Below the pieces are notes generated by a model. That model saw only the letters and a program-made list of their open reading frames with translations, was not told the DNA's origin and made no database searches. Made by a program: the position numbers and the translations under genes. Of a DNA stretch of 46,772 nt, positions 9,111-17,506 are shown piece by piece. Position 1 is the first letter of the stretch. Each line of letters opens with the position of its first letter. Origin of the DNA: Gemmatimonadota bacterium (lineage in GTDB: Bacteria > Gemmatimonadota > Gemmatimonadetes > Palauibacterales > KS3-K002); NCBI GenBank assembly GCA_039589115.1, contig JBDHHZ010000017.1, positions 1 to 46,772 on the forward strand, written 5' to 3'.

Positions 9111-9485
9111 TTGGGCAAGAAGATCGTTTTGGTTGACGACGATCGCTTGGTCTTGCAGAGTGTGTTGGCTGCGCTCGAGGCGAGCGGCTACCAGGTATGG
9201 GCGACCGATTCGACGGAGGAGGCGGTGGAACTGACCAGGGAGGTGGAGCCCGACGTGGTGGTGACCGACTACCGAATGCCGGGGATGGATGGCGTATCGC
9301 TGCTTGAGCGGGTGAAGGAATTGGCGGCGGTTCCGCTGATGCTAGTGTACAGTGCGACGCCGCCGGCACGAGGTGGACCGCCTGAGGGAATGCGGGAGGT
9401 GTACTGGGTCGCGAAATCTTCTGGTCACGGAGCGCTTCTGGGCAAGCTAAGGGACTTGCTGGAGAGCGGAGTTGACCCGAGATAG
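9111..9485 (+). CDS. Stand-alone response regulator receiver protein
   Basis: KIVLVDDD, DVVVTDYRMPGMDG, conserved S/T and K positions; no output domain. Confidence 0.9.
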   Translation: MGKKIVLVDDDRLVLQSVLAALEASGYQVWATDSTEEAVELTREVEPDVVVTDYRMPGMDGVSLLERVKELAAVPLMLVYSATPPARGGPPEGMREVYWVAKSSGHGALLGKLRDLLESGVDPR

Positions 9486-11322
9486 CTTCTGGCGCTCGCT
9501 CTGGCAGAGGATGCCGCTCCGGGGCGGGCTGGGTCGCCGGATTCTTCTGTGGTTCCTCGTGCTCTCGCTAGTACCTCTGCTTGTTTCGAACACCGTGGGG
9601 TACCTTTATACGCGGGAGATCATAGACTGGCAAATACGACGCTACTTGGGCGCACTGGCGGAGATCCAGGCGCAGCAGGTAGCTACAGAGGTCGAGCGTC
9701 ACCAGCTCTTCTTAGAAGGGATTACGGTCAGCAGTCTGCCTCTCTTTCAGACCATGTCTGCTGCCGCCCTTCAAGTGGGGCAGCGACAAGATCGCTCTCT
9801 CACAGCACTCCAGGCGCATCTAGCTCACGAGCTCACGGAACTCCGGTCAGTAGGCGAGTTCTTCGTGATCGACACGACAGGAACTGTGATTGCAGCGACG
9901 GACAGCGACCGGCTTGGACAGGATTGGTCGCACAGATGGGTATTCCGTCGCGGCCGCGCCGAACGATATTTCGCGGCCGATTGGGACATGCAGAACGGCA
10001 ATGTTGTGCCCCTTTACCGGCTGGCTGTGCCGATACGCGACGGACAGCGAAGAGTGATAGGCGTGCTCGGGGGTACCGTAAGCTTCGATAGGTTGCAGAC
10101 GTTTCTGAGCGTTCCTGAGCATCTGGCTATTGACGTCCACGCCTTCATCGTAGACCGCTTCGGCCGCCCTGTGTTCGCATCGCACCCCCATATTCCCATT
10201 GACTACCGGAAGAGACTAGCGTCGCCTCTGGTCGATCAGGAGCCGGGCTCGGTGGCCCGTTACGTTAACTACGAGGGCATCGAGGTAGTAGGCACTTCCG
10301 TAGCCGTTCCCGACGTTCAGTGGCTGTACATTTCCGAGGTATCGGTAGCCAGCGCTCTTGGCCAATTGCGCGGGCTTGCGCTTCTGGCGGCCACGCTCGA
10401 GAGCGCGTTCGCGCTCTTACTGGTCGCAATAGTCTGGATCGTAGCACGCTCGATCGTTGCTCCCCTCCGGCGCCTGGTCGTTGCGGCGGAACGTATTCGC
10501 AAAGGCGATCTGGGTACTACTGTCGAGATCGAACGAGATGACGAACTGGGTGACCTCGGCCGTACATTCGATCAGATGTCCAGCGAGCTCGAGTCCTCGG
10601 CGCGCAAGATCCAGGAGCTTCACGAGGGGGATATGCGCCGGGCGGCGCAGCTCGCGTCGGTGGGCGAGCTAGCTTCCGGGATCGCGCACGAGATAAAGAA
10701 CCCGCTGATTGGGGTGGCGAGCGGGGTCGATCTGCTCTCGAGACGAGTCGGGACAGATTCGAAGTCCGCTGTCCTTCTGGACCAGATCCACGCGCAGATT
10801 CGCCGTATCGAGTCAGCCTTAAAGGACTTGCTTAGCTACGCCAGTCCCAAGGAACCGCTGTATACTTGGACCGACCCTGAACTGCTGGTGGAGAGGCTCA
10901 TCGCACTCGTGCGTCCGCAGGCCGATGCTGCGGGAGTGGAGATCACGGGACGCCACGATGAAGCGCTACCGACGATACGGGTCGATCCGGAGCTCCTCAC
11001 CCAAGCTCTGGTCAACCTGGCTCTGAACGCGATCCAGGCGATGGAGCCTGGGGGGATACTTCGGGTTTCCCTCGAGACCGTGGATGACAACGTGTGCTTC
11101 TCGATCTCTGATAGCGGAGTGGGGATCGCGCTTGAGGAGATAGACCGGATCTGTCGGCCGTTCTACACCACCAAGCACCAGGGCACCGGACTGGGCTTGG
11201 CTATAACATGTGAAATCGTCGAACGCCACGGCGGCCACATCAAAATCGAGAGCAAGCTTGGTGAAGGCTCTACGTTCACGCTTGTCATACCGGGTAAGCC
11301 GCAGGAGGCGCTAGTGCGATGA
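9472..11322 (+). CDS. Sensor histidine kinase (dCache-like periplasmic domain, HAMP, HisKA, HATPase)
   Basis: Two TMs; DELGDLGRTF HAMP; GIAHEIKNPL H-box; NAIQAM, DSGVGI, PFYTTK and GTGLGL. Start may be ATG 9511. Confidence 0.95.
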   Translation: MTRDSFWRSLWQRMPLRGGLGRRILLWFLVLSLVPLLVSNTVGYLYTREIIDWQIRRYLGALAEIQAQQVATEVERHQLFLEGITVSSLPLFQTMSAAALQVGQRQDRSLTALQAHLAHELTELRSVGEFFVIDTTGTVIAATDSDRLGQDWSHRWVFRRGRAERYFAADWDMQNGNVVPLYRLAVPIRDGQRRVIGVLGGTVSFDRLQTFLSVPEHLAIDVHAFIVDRFGRPVFASHPHIPIDYRKRLASPLVDQEPGSVARYVNYEGIEVVGTSVAVPDVQWLYISEVSVASALGQLRGLALLAATLESAFALLLVAIVWIVARSIVAPLRRLVVAAERIRKGDLGTTVEIERDDELGDLGRTFDQMSSELESSARKIQELHEGDMRRAAQLASVGELASGIAHEIKNPLIGVASGVDLLSRRVGTDSKSAVLLDQIHAQIRRIESALKDLLSYASPKEPLYTWTDPELLVERLIALVRPQADAAGVEITGRHDEALPTIRVDPELLTQALVNLALNAIQAMEPGGILRVSLETVDDNVCFSISDSGVGIALEEIDRICRPFYTTKHQGTGLGLAITCEIVERHGGHIKIESKLGEGSTFTLVIPGKPQEALVR

Positions 11323-12698
11323 GCGCTCGACCCGCTATCGCTGTCGTCGACGACGAGGAGCTTTTCCGGAGCTGGCTGAGCGAGCACCTCGGTGCAGCCG
11401 GGTACGCAGTTAAGGAGGCGGCGACAGGCGGCGAAGCACTGCGCCTGGCGGCAGAGGAGAGCCCGGCATTGATGCTGCTCGATCTGCGGCTCCCTGACGC
11501 TGACGGCCTCGAACTCGTCACCCGGCTTCACGAGATCGACCGTGACTTGGTCGTCGTGATCGTGACTGCATATGGAGAGGTGCAGACAGCAGTCCGGGCC
11601 GTGAAGGCGGGGGCTTACCATTTCCTCGAGAAGCCTGTGAATCTTGATGACTTGCTTATCACCATGGAGAAGGGCTTGGAAGCTCAGCGTCTCCGCCGGG
11701 AAGTTGCGGTCCTGCGCGAGCAGCATCGGTGGCAGTTTGCGAGCGTGGAGTTCGTGGGCCGCTCTCTCGCCGTGCGTCATCTTATCGAGGTCTTGGAGAA
11801 GGTGGCTCGCACTGACTCGGCAACAGTGCTGCTTCAGGGGGAGAGCGGCACCGGCAAGGACCTCGTAGCTCGCGCCATTCATGGCCGCAGTAGCCGAAAG
11901 GACCAGCCCTTCCTGGAGATAAATTGCACAGCGCTGCCTGAGACTCTTGTCGAAGCAGAACTGTTCGGCCACGAGCGTGGCGCCTTTACGGACGCGCGTG
12001 AGCGGAAGAAGGGCCTCGCTGAACTTGCCGACGGGGGCACACTCTTGCTGGACGAGATCGGGGACATGCCGCTGGGAGCTCAGGCCAAACTGCTGCGGTT
12101 CCTGGAAGATTCGAGGATCAGGCGGCTGGGAGGTACCACCGACATCCCCGTGAACGTGCGGATCATCGCCGCCACGAATCAGAACCTGGCCACGGCCATA
12201 GAAGCGGGGAAATTCCGAAGCGACTTATACTACCGGCTGAAAGTCGTCGATCTATACATCCCTCCGTTGCGCGAACGTCCTGAGGACTGTGCTCCACTGG
12301 CACTTTACTTCGTTGAGCAGTTGTCCCGTGATCTCAAGCGCGAACCACCCACGATAACTCTAGACGCGATCCGTGTCCTCGAGGCCTATCCATGGCCGGG
12401 CAACGTCCGCGAGCTTCGAAACGTACTTGAGCGAGCGCTTATTCTGGAAGACACGCAAGAGATTCGACTGGAGCACCTGCCGGTCGAGATCCGCAGCGCT
12501 GTGCAGCCGCCCGGCGGAGCGGATCACGTAGTCCAACTCCCGGTCGAGGGGTTTCGCATGGATGATGTCGAGCGCAGCCTTATCGAGCAGGCCCTTACGC
12601 GGACGAGGGGCAATGTAGCACATGCAGCCCGCCTCCTCGGCCTGAGCCGGGATACTCTCCGCTATCGAGTGAAGAAGTACAACTTCACCGAATCCTAG
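11319..12698 (+). CDS. Sigma54-dependent NtrC/AtoC-family response regulator
   Basis: REC domain; GESGTGKD Walker A; GAFTDA loop; LLLDEIG; FRSDLYYRL; WPGNVREL; Fis-type HTH. Confidence 0.96.
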   Translation: MSARPAIAVVDDEELFRSWLSEHLGAAGYAVKEAATGGEALRLAAEESPALMLLDLRLPDADGLELVTRLHEIDRDLVVVIVTAYGEVQTAVRAVKAGAYHFLEKPVNLDDLLITMEKGLEAQRLRREVAVLREQHRWQFASVEFVGRSLAVRHLIEVLEKVARTDSATVLLQGESGTGKDLVARAIHGRSSRKDQPFLEINCTALPETLVEAELFGHERGAFTDARERKKGLAELADGGTLLLDEIGDMPLGAQAKLLRFLEDSRIRRLGGTTDIPVNVRIIAATNQNLATAIEAGKFRSDLYYRLKVVDLYIPPLRERPEDCAPLALYFVEQLSRDLKREPPTITLDAIRVLEAYPWPGNVRELRNVLERALILEDTQEIRLEHLPVEIRSAVQPPGGADHVVQLPVEGFRMDDVERSLIEQALTRTRGNVAHAARLLGLSRDTLRYRVKKYNFTES

Positions 12699-12868
12699 TG
12701 GCGCTGACGACGACGCTGAAGGTCATCGTATCAGTAGTGAAGAGGCGTCGCCGCCGGGGTCGATCCGATGAGCACGCTTCGGGCCGAGTGACGGCGCCTA
12801 GTGGGGGGGCAGCGGCTACGCGAAGACGGCGCGACGTCACCAGGTGTGCGGAACCGGGATCCCTACAG

Positions 12869-15337
12869 CTACTCCACCCGCAAGGCGGCGCTGGGATCGA
12901 TCCGCGCCGCCCGCGAGGCGGGTACGATGCCCGCCGCCGCCGCCGCCAGCAGTAGCGTTACCGTCACGACGGTCAGCACGACTGGGTCACGCGGAGATAT
13001 CTGGTAAAGCAGCGGCGCCAGCGCGCCGCCGGCGGCGATGGCGATGACGAGTCCGAGCACGACGCCGATAGCGGCGAGCGCGACCGACTCCCTCAGTATT
13101 TGGGCGACGATCCTGCCGCGCGTGGCGCCCAGCGCGCTGCGCACGCCGATCTCGTGGGTCCGTTGCGCCACGTTGAAGGCGAGCACGCTGTACAGCCCGA
13201 GCGCCGCCACGATCAGAGCCAGGAGGCCGAACAGGCCGAACACTGTTGCACCCAGCCGGTAGGAGCGGAGCTGCGGGTCGATCCGCTCCTGTAGGGGCCG
13301 CACGACGGCGTATCTGATGTCCGGGTCGCCGCTCAACAACTCTCGCTGGACTACGGACACGAGCGCCTCCGCGTCGCCGCGTGCCCGGAGGAGGATGGCG
13401 GAGGGGGTCTCCTCGGCATATTGTGCGGCGGGAACGTAGTAAACCCACTTCCGCGTCTCAGTCAGCCGCATCCGGTGTGAATCGGCGACGACCCCGACGA
13501 CGCGGGTGCAGGGTGCGTCGACCGACGCGATGAAGAAACACTGGTCGAGCGGGTCGCTCCCCCAGAGTCCTCGGGCCATCGACTCGTTCACGATGGCGAC
13601 GCGCGGGGCGCCGGCCACGTCCGACTCGTTGAAGTCGCGGCCGCGGCGCATCGCGATGCCGAGCGTCGCGAAGTAGTCCGACTTCACTGTCTCGAAGTGC
13701 GGTCCCGGTGGCGGGGCCGGGACGGAATCGCCGCCGGGCACGAAGACGTCTTCGATCGACCCACCCCAGAAAAGCAGGCCGCCGCTGGTGCTGGCGTGCT
13801 CCACCGACGGGAGCGCCTGCAGCCGCTCCAGCGACCGCTGGTAGATATTCCCCACCTCCTCGGGGGTTCGCTCACGCGGCTCCAACTCCAGCATCGCATA
13901 GACGACCGGGTTAGGCTCGAATCCGAGATCGAGGCCCTCCAGGCGTTGCAGGCTGCGAACGAAAAGACCGGCCCCCACCAGGAGAACCAGCGATAGTGCT
14001 CCCTGAACGACCAGCAAGGCGACCCGGGTCCTGGACCGCTGGACCGTGCCCGCCCGGGCGCTGTCTTTCAGATCATTGCTCAGATCGAAGCGCCCGGCCT
14101 GGAGTGCGGGGACGATCCCCGACACGATTCCCGTGACCAGCGCCAACAGGGCGGTGGCGGCGAGTACACGGACGCTGACCGGCGAATCGCTCCACATCAC
14201 ATCGGGCAGCAAGATGTGACGGATGAAGTCGGCGCCCCACGACGCCACTAGCAGTGCCACCGCCCCGCCCAGCGCCGCCAGCACGACGCTCTCGGTGAGC
14301 AGCAAGCCGGTGAGCCGGCTGCGTGAGATTCCCAAGGCGAGTCGTACGGCGATCTCCTTCCTGCGGCGCAGGCTTCTAGCCAGCAGCAGGTTCGCCACGT
14401 TAGCGCAGGCGATGAGCAGAACGACGAGTGAAACGCCGGCCAGCAGGACCGAGACCTTCGACTCCCTGGACGCCATCGGCCCACGGGCCTCCACCAGGGG
14501 GGCGGCGACCACCCGTACATTCTCGTCGTACGTGCCCTGATCGATTCCCTCGCGGCGACCGTTCCAATGGAGGCGCGTGGCCTCGTTCTCGGCGGCCTCG
14601 ATGCTCACGCCGGGAGCCAGCCGCGCGATGACCTTGATCCAGTAGTAGTTGCGGGTACGCTTCCAGCGATCGGTCTCTCGCTCGATCGTGTAGGCGTGCA
14701 GCGGCGCCCAGAGATCGATCCGCTCCATGTCTACGCCAGCGAACCCGCCGGGCGCGACGCCGATGACCGTGTAGGCGCCTCTGCCTATGTCCAATGTCCG
14801 CCCCAGCACCGACGGGTCGCCGCCGAACCGCGCCTGCCACAGGCCGTGGCTCAGGACCACGACGCCCGCGGCGCCTGCCTGGTCGTCCGACTCGTCGAAG
14901 AACCGACCTAGCGCCGGCTCGAGCCCCAGCACCCTGAAAAACGAACCCGAGGCCAAGCTCCCCTTCAGGCGGACCGCGTCCGTGCCACTGCCCAACGTCA
15001 TCTCGTTGGGCCAGTAGGCGCCCACCGATGCGAAGCTGCCAGCCTCCTGCCAGTCGGTGTAGTCCAGGTAGGCGTGGGCCCGCTGGTGGACCAGAGGACC
15101 GTTAACGCGGTTCCGCAGATGAGCGTAGAGCCGCCGCACCTGATCCGCGTCCCTCACCTGCGCCGGCGCGCTCAAGAGCAGGCGATCCAGGATGCCGAAC
15201 ATGGTGGTGTTGACGCCGATCCCCAGAGCCAGCGTCACCACCACCGCAGCCGTGAACCCGGGCGACCTGAGCAGGCCCCGCATGGCGTAACCCAGGTTGT
15301 CGCGCGCTATAGATATGATCTCTATGAGACGGTCCAT
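12869..15337 (-). CDS. ADOP/MacB-FtsX-type duplicated ABC permease
   Basis: LALGIGVNTTMF, LLIACANVANLLLAR, EIGVRSALGA and a PASRAARIDP..ALR.E ending. Confidence 0.95.
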   Translation of the reverse strand: MDRLIEIISIARDNLGYAMRGLLRSPGFTAAVVVTLALGIGVNTTMFGILDRLLLSAPAQVRDADQVRRLYAHLRNRVNGPLVHQRAHAYLDYTDWQEAGSFASVGAYWPNEMTLGSGTDAVRLKGSLASGSFFRVLGLEPALGRFFDESDDQAGAAGVVVLSHGLWQARFGGDPSVLGRTLDIGRGAYTVIGVAPGGFAGVDMERIDLWAPLHAYTIERETDRWKRTRNYYWIKVIARLAPGVSIEAAENEATRLHWNGRREGIDQGTYDENVRVVAAPLVEARGPMASRESKVSVLLAGVSLVVLLIACANVANLLLARSLRRRKEIAVRLALGISRSRLTGLLLTESVVLAALGGAVALLVASWGADFIRHILLPDVMWSDSPVSVRVLAATALLALVTGIVSGIVPALQAGRFDLSNDLKDSARAGTVQRSRTRVALLVVQGALSLVLLVGAGLFVRSLQRLEGLDLGFEPNPVVYAMLELEPRERTPEEVGNIYQRSLERLQALPSVEHASTSGGLLFWGGSIEDVFVPGGDSVPAPPPGPHFETVKSDYFATLGIAMRRGRDFNESDVAGAPRVAIVNESMARGLWGSDPLDQCFFIASVDAPCTRVVGVVADSHRMRLTETRKWVYYVPAAQYAEETPSAILLRARGDAEALVSVVQRELLSGDPDIRYAVVRPLQERIDPQLRSYRLGATVFGLFGLLALIVAALGLYSVLAFNVAQRTHEIGVRSALGATRGRIVAQILRESVALAAIGVVLGLVIAIAAGGALAPLLYQISPRDPVVLTVVTVTLLLAAAAAGIVPASRAARIDPSAALRVE

Positions 15338-15377
15338 TGAGCCCTCGCGTCGATGATCGATTCCGGCGTTGGGAAAG

Positions 15378-15393
15378 GCAAGGGCGGTGCCAG
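15378..15393 (-). promoter_or_regulatory. Sigma54 promoter upstream of the permease
   Basis: CTGGCACCGCCCTTGC matches TGGCAC-N5-TTGC, about 40 bp before the ATG; palindrome CGTCC-N7-GGACG at 15468-15484 is a candidate UAS. Confidence 0.78.
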
Positions 15394-15535
15394 CGGGTCT
15401 GTCGAACCTAAACCATTGCAGTAGAACAGGTTAAAGATGCAGCCCGGTGATTGCCGGACGCAGGGAGCGTCCGCTCGTGGGACGCGAGGGGCCGGATCCG
15501 GACACGACCTGAGTTTTCAGATTCGTCGCCCAAGT

Positions 15536-15566
15536 GAAAGGGGCACCGAGTATCGGTGCCCCTTTC
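15536..15566. terminator. Stem-loop, probable terminator of the hydrolase-OMP transcript
   Basis: GAAAGGGGCACCGA-GTA-TCGGTGCCCCTTTC just downstream of the stop at 15593. Confidence 0.65.
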
Positions 15567-15592
15567 TTGGCCGGGTCACGTGCGCGTTTGCT

Positions 15593-16273
15593 TCATCGTT
15601 TCCCGAAGCCGAATCCGAAGGACAGAGAGAGCTCGGGGCTGCTATGGTTCTTCGCCGATCCGATCGGCTTGTCGAAGTCGGAGACGAGACGGTAGCCGAG
15701 CCCGAGGCCGAGATAGAATGACCTGCCGAGAGACAGGTCCGCGCCTATACCGATGCGCGTGCCCAAAGCTGTCTCCTGGTAAGATTCGGTCCCGGTCGAT
15801 CTCCCTGCTTGAACGTTGGAGGCGAGCCCGAAGTAGGGCCCGACGTAGGCATAGACATTAGGTCTCAGAGCATCGCCGACGGCCAGGCCGCTGGGCGCGT
15901 ACTTTACTCCGAAGAGCAACGGAATGACCACCGCCGATTCTACGCCGGCCTCGCCGATGGTCGCGGACGTTTCGACCGCGGCGTTCGAGACCCCGATGCT
16001 CAGACCAATGGCGAGATCGTCCTCGAGCCAGAGGTTGTAGGTCAGAGATCCGAGCAGGCCGTTGGCCTCGGTCTGTGTTCCCACATCGCCAACGCTCGCA
16101 TCGACGCGGGCGCGCACGTCGGTCAGAAGACCCACGCTAAGCTCGATCGTGTGCTTGCTTCGAACCGTCACGGACTCCGACGGGCCAGTCTCGTTCGAAG
16201 CCGGCGTCTGTGCCAGTGCCGGCATTTGGTACGTGGCCAGCAACAAAACGCAAAGCGCTCTGTATGTGTACAT
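15593..16273 (-). CDS. Small outer-membrane beta-barrel protein (OmpW/OmpA-TM-like)
   Basis: Signal peptide ending ALA-Q, amphipathic beta strands, C-terminal LSFGFGF. Confidence 0.75.
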   Translation of the reverse strand: MYTYRALCVLLLATYQMPALAQTPASNETGPSESVTVRSKHTIELSVGLLTDVRARVDASVGDVGTQTEANGLLGSLTYNLWLEDDLAIGLSIGVSNAAVETSATIGEAGVESAVVIPLLFGVKYAPSGLAVGDALRPNVYAYVGPYFGLASNVQAGRSTGTESYQETALGTRIGIGADLSLGRSFYLGLGLGYRLVSDFDKPIGSAKNHSSPELSLSFGFGFGKR

Positions 16274-16309
16274 GGTTCAATCTCCGGTTTTTTGAGTGTC
16301 GTTCTTTGT

Positions 16310-17380
16310 TCACTGGGCCGTGCGCGCATTGAGCACCAAGTTGATCAGTGTGACGACATCGTCTTGCGTCATGCTCCACGGCTCGTCCGTATTGACGCGA
16401 TGGACGAATACCAGGTCGTCGTCAGGCATGATGTACAGGTAGTGGACGCCGATCCCGCCGTGCAGGACGGCATTACCGAGAGGTGAGTCTTCGAGCGTGA
16501 CGCCCCAGAGCATCCCGTAGCCGATACCGTTCTCTTCGTCGTCCACGGAGTAAGGCGTCCAGCTCGCGGCGATCCAGTCTTCGGGTACGATCTGGCGGCC
16601 ATCCCAGCGTCCGCCCTTCTGGAAGAGCACACCGAACCGGGCCAGATCGCGTGCGGACATCCTGAAGTGATAGGCCGGGTGGATGGATTTCAGGAACTCG
16701 TACTGGTAGTAGCAGTCCTCGACCCGGAAGTCCTGCATCCCTATGGGATTGGCGATCTCGCGCTCGAACTCCTCGAAGATCCCGGTTCCCGTCTGTTGCT
16801 CGAAGATCGTACCCAGCGCGTTGAAGTCCCAGTTGTTGTAGTAATAGAACGTGCCGGGCAGATGGCTTCCGCGATCCGGCCGTTCGGCGATCATGTCCGG
16901 GTGCTCGGCGGCCGCTGGATGGTAGACGCCAGAGCGCGACCTGAGCAGATCCGCCACCCGGGCCTGCTTCTCCTCGGCCGTTAGGCTGGGCGGGATATCG
17001 TCGATACCGAGCTCCGCGATGGTCGCCGCCGTATCGATCGCCCCTCCGGCAACGTGAATGCCGTAGAGCGCTCCGAGCAGGGGCTTCCTTATAGAGTGCA
17101 GAAGGTAGCGCCGGTCCACGTGGCCCCAGGCGACGAACACCTTGCCATCGTGTAGCGCCATGAACGCCGCCGAGCCTATCCTATCGAACTGGGCCCTGGC
17201 AGCCCTGAGGTCCTCGGACAAGAACCCGACCTCTTCCGGCGCGACGTTCTCGAAACCGTCGACCGCGGGCCCGCGCACGTCATCGACGGGCTGGCTGGAC
17301 GTCGGGCCATTGGAGCATCCGCTGAACGTGCCCAGGGCGATCATCAGACCGCCGAGCAGTATTGTGTGCGAGCGAGACAT
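16310..17380 (-). CDS. Serine hydrolase lipoprotein (class C beta-lactamase / esterase family)
   Basis: ATG 17380 with GGAGGAGG RBS; lipobox FSG-C; SIRK (SxxK), YYNN (YxN), SARDLARFG and HGG. Confidence 0.9.
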   Translation of the reverse strand: MSRSHTILLGGLMIALGTFSGCSNGPTSSQPVDDVRGPAVDGFENVAPEEVGFLSEDLRAARAQFDRIGSAAFMALHDGKVFVAWGHVDRRYLLHSIRKPLLGALYGIHVAGGAIDTAATIAELGIDDIPPSLTAEEKQARVADLLRSRSGVYHPAAAEHPDMIAERPDRGSHLPGTFYYYNNWDFNALGTIFEQQTGTGIFEEFEREIANPIGMQDFRVEDCYYQYEFLKSIHPAYHFRMSARDLARFGVLFQKGGRWDGRQIVPEDWIAASWTPYSVDDEENGIGYGMLWGVTLEDSPLGNAVLHGGIGVHYLYIMPDDDLVFVHRVNTDEPWSMTQDDVVTLINLVLNARTAQ

Positions 17381-17442
17381 GGATAGTCCTCCTCCTTCAC
17401 TGGTTTGCTGGCCGTTTCGGGGCTTCGTAGCTTCATGGGCGA

Positions 17443-17485
17443 ACTCTAGGCGGGCGGCGTCTCCTGACCGACTCGCCGGCGTCAT
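17443..17485 (-). promoter_or_regulatory. SARP-type promoter: three heptamers at 11-bp period and a -10 element
   Basis: Minus strand ATGACGC-N4-GAGTCGG-N4-GAGACGC-N8-TAGAGT, divergent from the BTAD regulator gene. Confidence 0.5.
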
Positions 17486-17506
17486 ATCCTGTGTTACGGC
17501 TGAGTT

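Noticed and set aside
12700-12860. Low-complexity GC intergenic tract and short ORFs between convergent genes
   Set aside because: No clear stem, repeat unit or coding signal that I can support.
16310-17380. Calling the serine hydrolase or the BlaI/M56 pair a beta-lactam resistance locus
   Set aside because: The SxxK/YxN family includes many esterases and amidases, the sensor lacks a penicillin-binding domain, and the two loci are about 24 kb apart.
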